Below, one piece after another: positions 53,361-53,674 of a stretch of 53,674 nt of DNA. Both the position numbers and the translations under genes were made by a program. Location of the stretch: contig CAYJQO010000001.1 of the NCBI GenBank assembly GCA_964372445.1, forward strand, positions 1 to 53,674. Direction: 5' to 3'. Position 1 is the first letter of the stretch. Every line of letters begins with the position of its first letter. Source of the DNA: an uncultured Candidatus Saccharibacteria bacterium (lineage in GTDB: Bacteria > Patescibacteriota > Minisyncoccia > UBA6257 > GWB1-50-10). Under the pieces are notes generated by a model. It searched no databases, was not told the DNA's origin, and was given only the letters and a program-made list of their open reading frames with translations.

Positions 53361-53674
53361 TCAGGCGGGGGCCTCTTCCGTTTCCGGGAAGAGGTCGTAG
53401 ATCTTGCGGAGGGCGGCGCGTTGTGCCTCGGTGCCATCGGGGACGTTGTCGTACGCTTCCCGTGCCTCGTCGAGGGTGGTGCAAAATGAGAGCCACTTCT
53501 CGAAGGCGGCGCGTTCTGCCTCGCTGCCGCTGGGAGCGTTGTTGTATGCCACCTGTGTATCGTTGAAGGTGGCAGCAGCTTCAACTGCTTTGAGTGAGAG
53601 CTTGTTGTACTTCGCAAGAGCGGCGCGTTGTGCCTCGGTGCCATCGGGGACGTTGTCGTACGCTTCCCGTGCCT
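53361..53674 (-). CDS. Repeat protein (partial; the frame stays open to the window edge)
   Basis: My translation up to the window edge: ...AREAYDNVPDGTEAQRAALAKYNKLSLKAVEAAATFNDTQVAYNNAPSGSEAERAAFEKWLSFCTTLDEAREAYDNVPDGTEAQRAALRKIYDLFPETEEAPA*. The track start at 53552 is only an internal GTG. Confidence 0.6.
   Translation of the reverse strand, partial: AREAYDNVPDGTEAQRAALAKYNKLSLKAVEAAATFNDTQVAYNNAPSGSEAERAAFEKWLSFCTTLDEAREAYDNVPDGTEAQRAALRKIYDLFPETEEAPA
53413..53674. repeat. Perfect direct repeat of at least 55 nt (53413-53467 and 53620-53674), 207-nt period, inside the repeat-protein CDS
   Basis: Both copies read gcggcgcgttgtgcctcggtgccatcggggacgttgtcgtacgcttcccgtgcct. The second copy is cut by the window end. 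Confidence 0.9.

Noticed and set aside
53324-53644. 106-aa minus-strand ORF (Pro/Ser/Thr/Arg-rich)
   Set aside because: It is an alternative frame of the same repeat region. The other frame gives a balanced, repeat-structured helical protein and ends just before a terminator hairpin.
53413-53674. Direct repeats as a possible CRISPR array
   Set aside because: There are only two identical units, a 207-nt period, they lie inside an open reading frame, and the 'spacer' is a diverged copy of the same unit.
1-53674. Alternative genetic code (UGA recoding, as in some CPR lineages)
   Set aside because: TGA terminates many well-delimited genes here, including ATGA start/stop overlaps (for example 7955-7958, 13252-13255, 23666-23669, 24664-24667, 28271-28274).

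Overview
This is a GC-rich, gene-dense bacterial window. From gene content it looks like a small-genome, Gram-positive-type envelope organism, possibly CPR/Patescibacteria, but that is inference only. Standard genetic code: TGA is used as a stop, including ATGA overlaps. The left third carries housekeeping genes on the minus strand: nrdJ, ftsZ-ftsA, ybeY, yqeY, rpsU, a HIT protein, hisS and lepB. These are followed by pth, PilM/N-like and PilX-like pilus genes, trxB and a DsbA-like gene. The centre (about 16.5-39 kb) is a glycan-biosynthesis island. It holds a flippase, a WbpA/B/D/E-like module, glycosyltransferases, methyltransferases, a PglC/PglF/DegT-like module and a split transketolase. 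Two paralogous O-antigen-ligase-like (Wzy_C) plus TPR modules bracket it. Next to the island is a 1167-aa peptidoglycan-binding repeat surface protein. The right end carries clpB, htrA, a SIMPL protein, a cysteine desulfurase, a PduO-type adenosyltransferase, Nudix genes and a partial repeat protein. The strongest finding is a tRNA-Asn(GUU) gene split in its anticodon loop by a 606-nt group I (IA-like) intron that encodes an HNH endonuclease. No CRISPR array, transposase or rRNA gene was seen.
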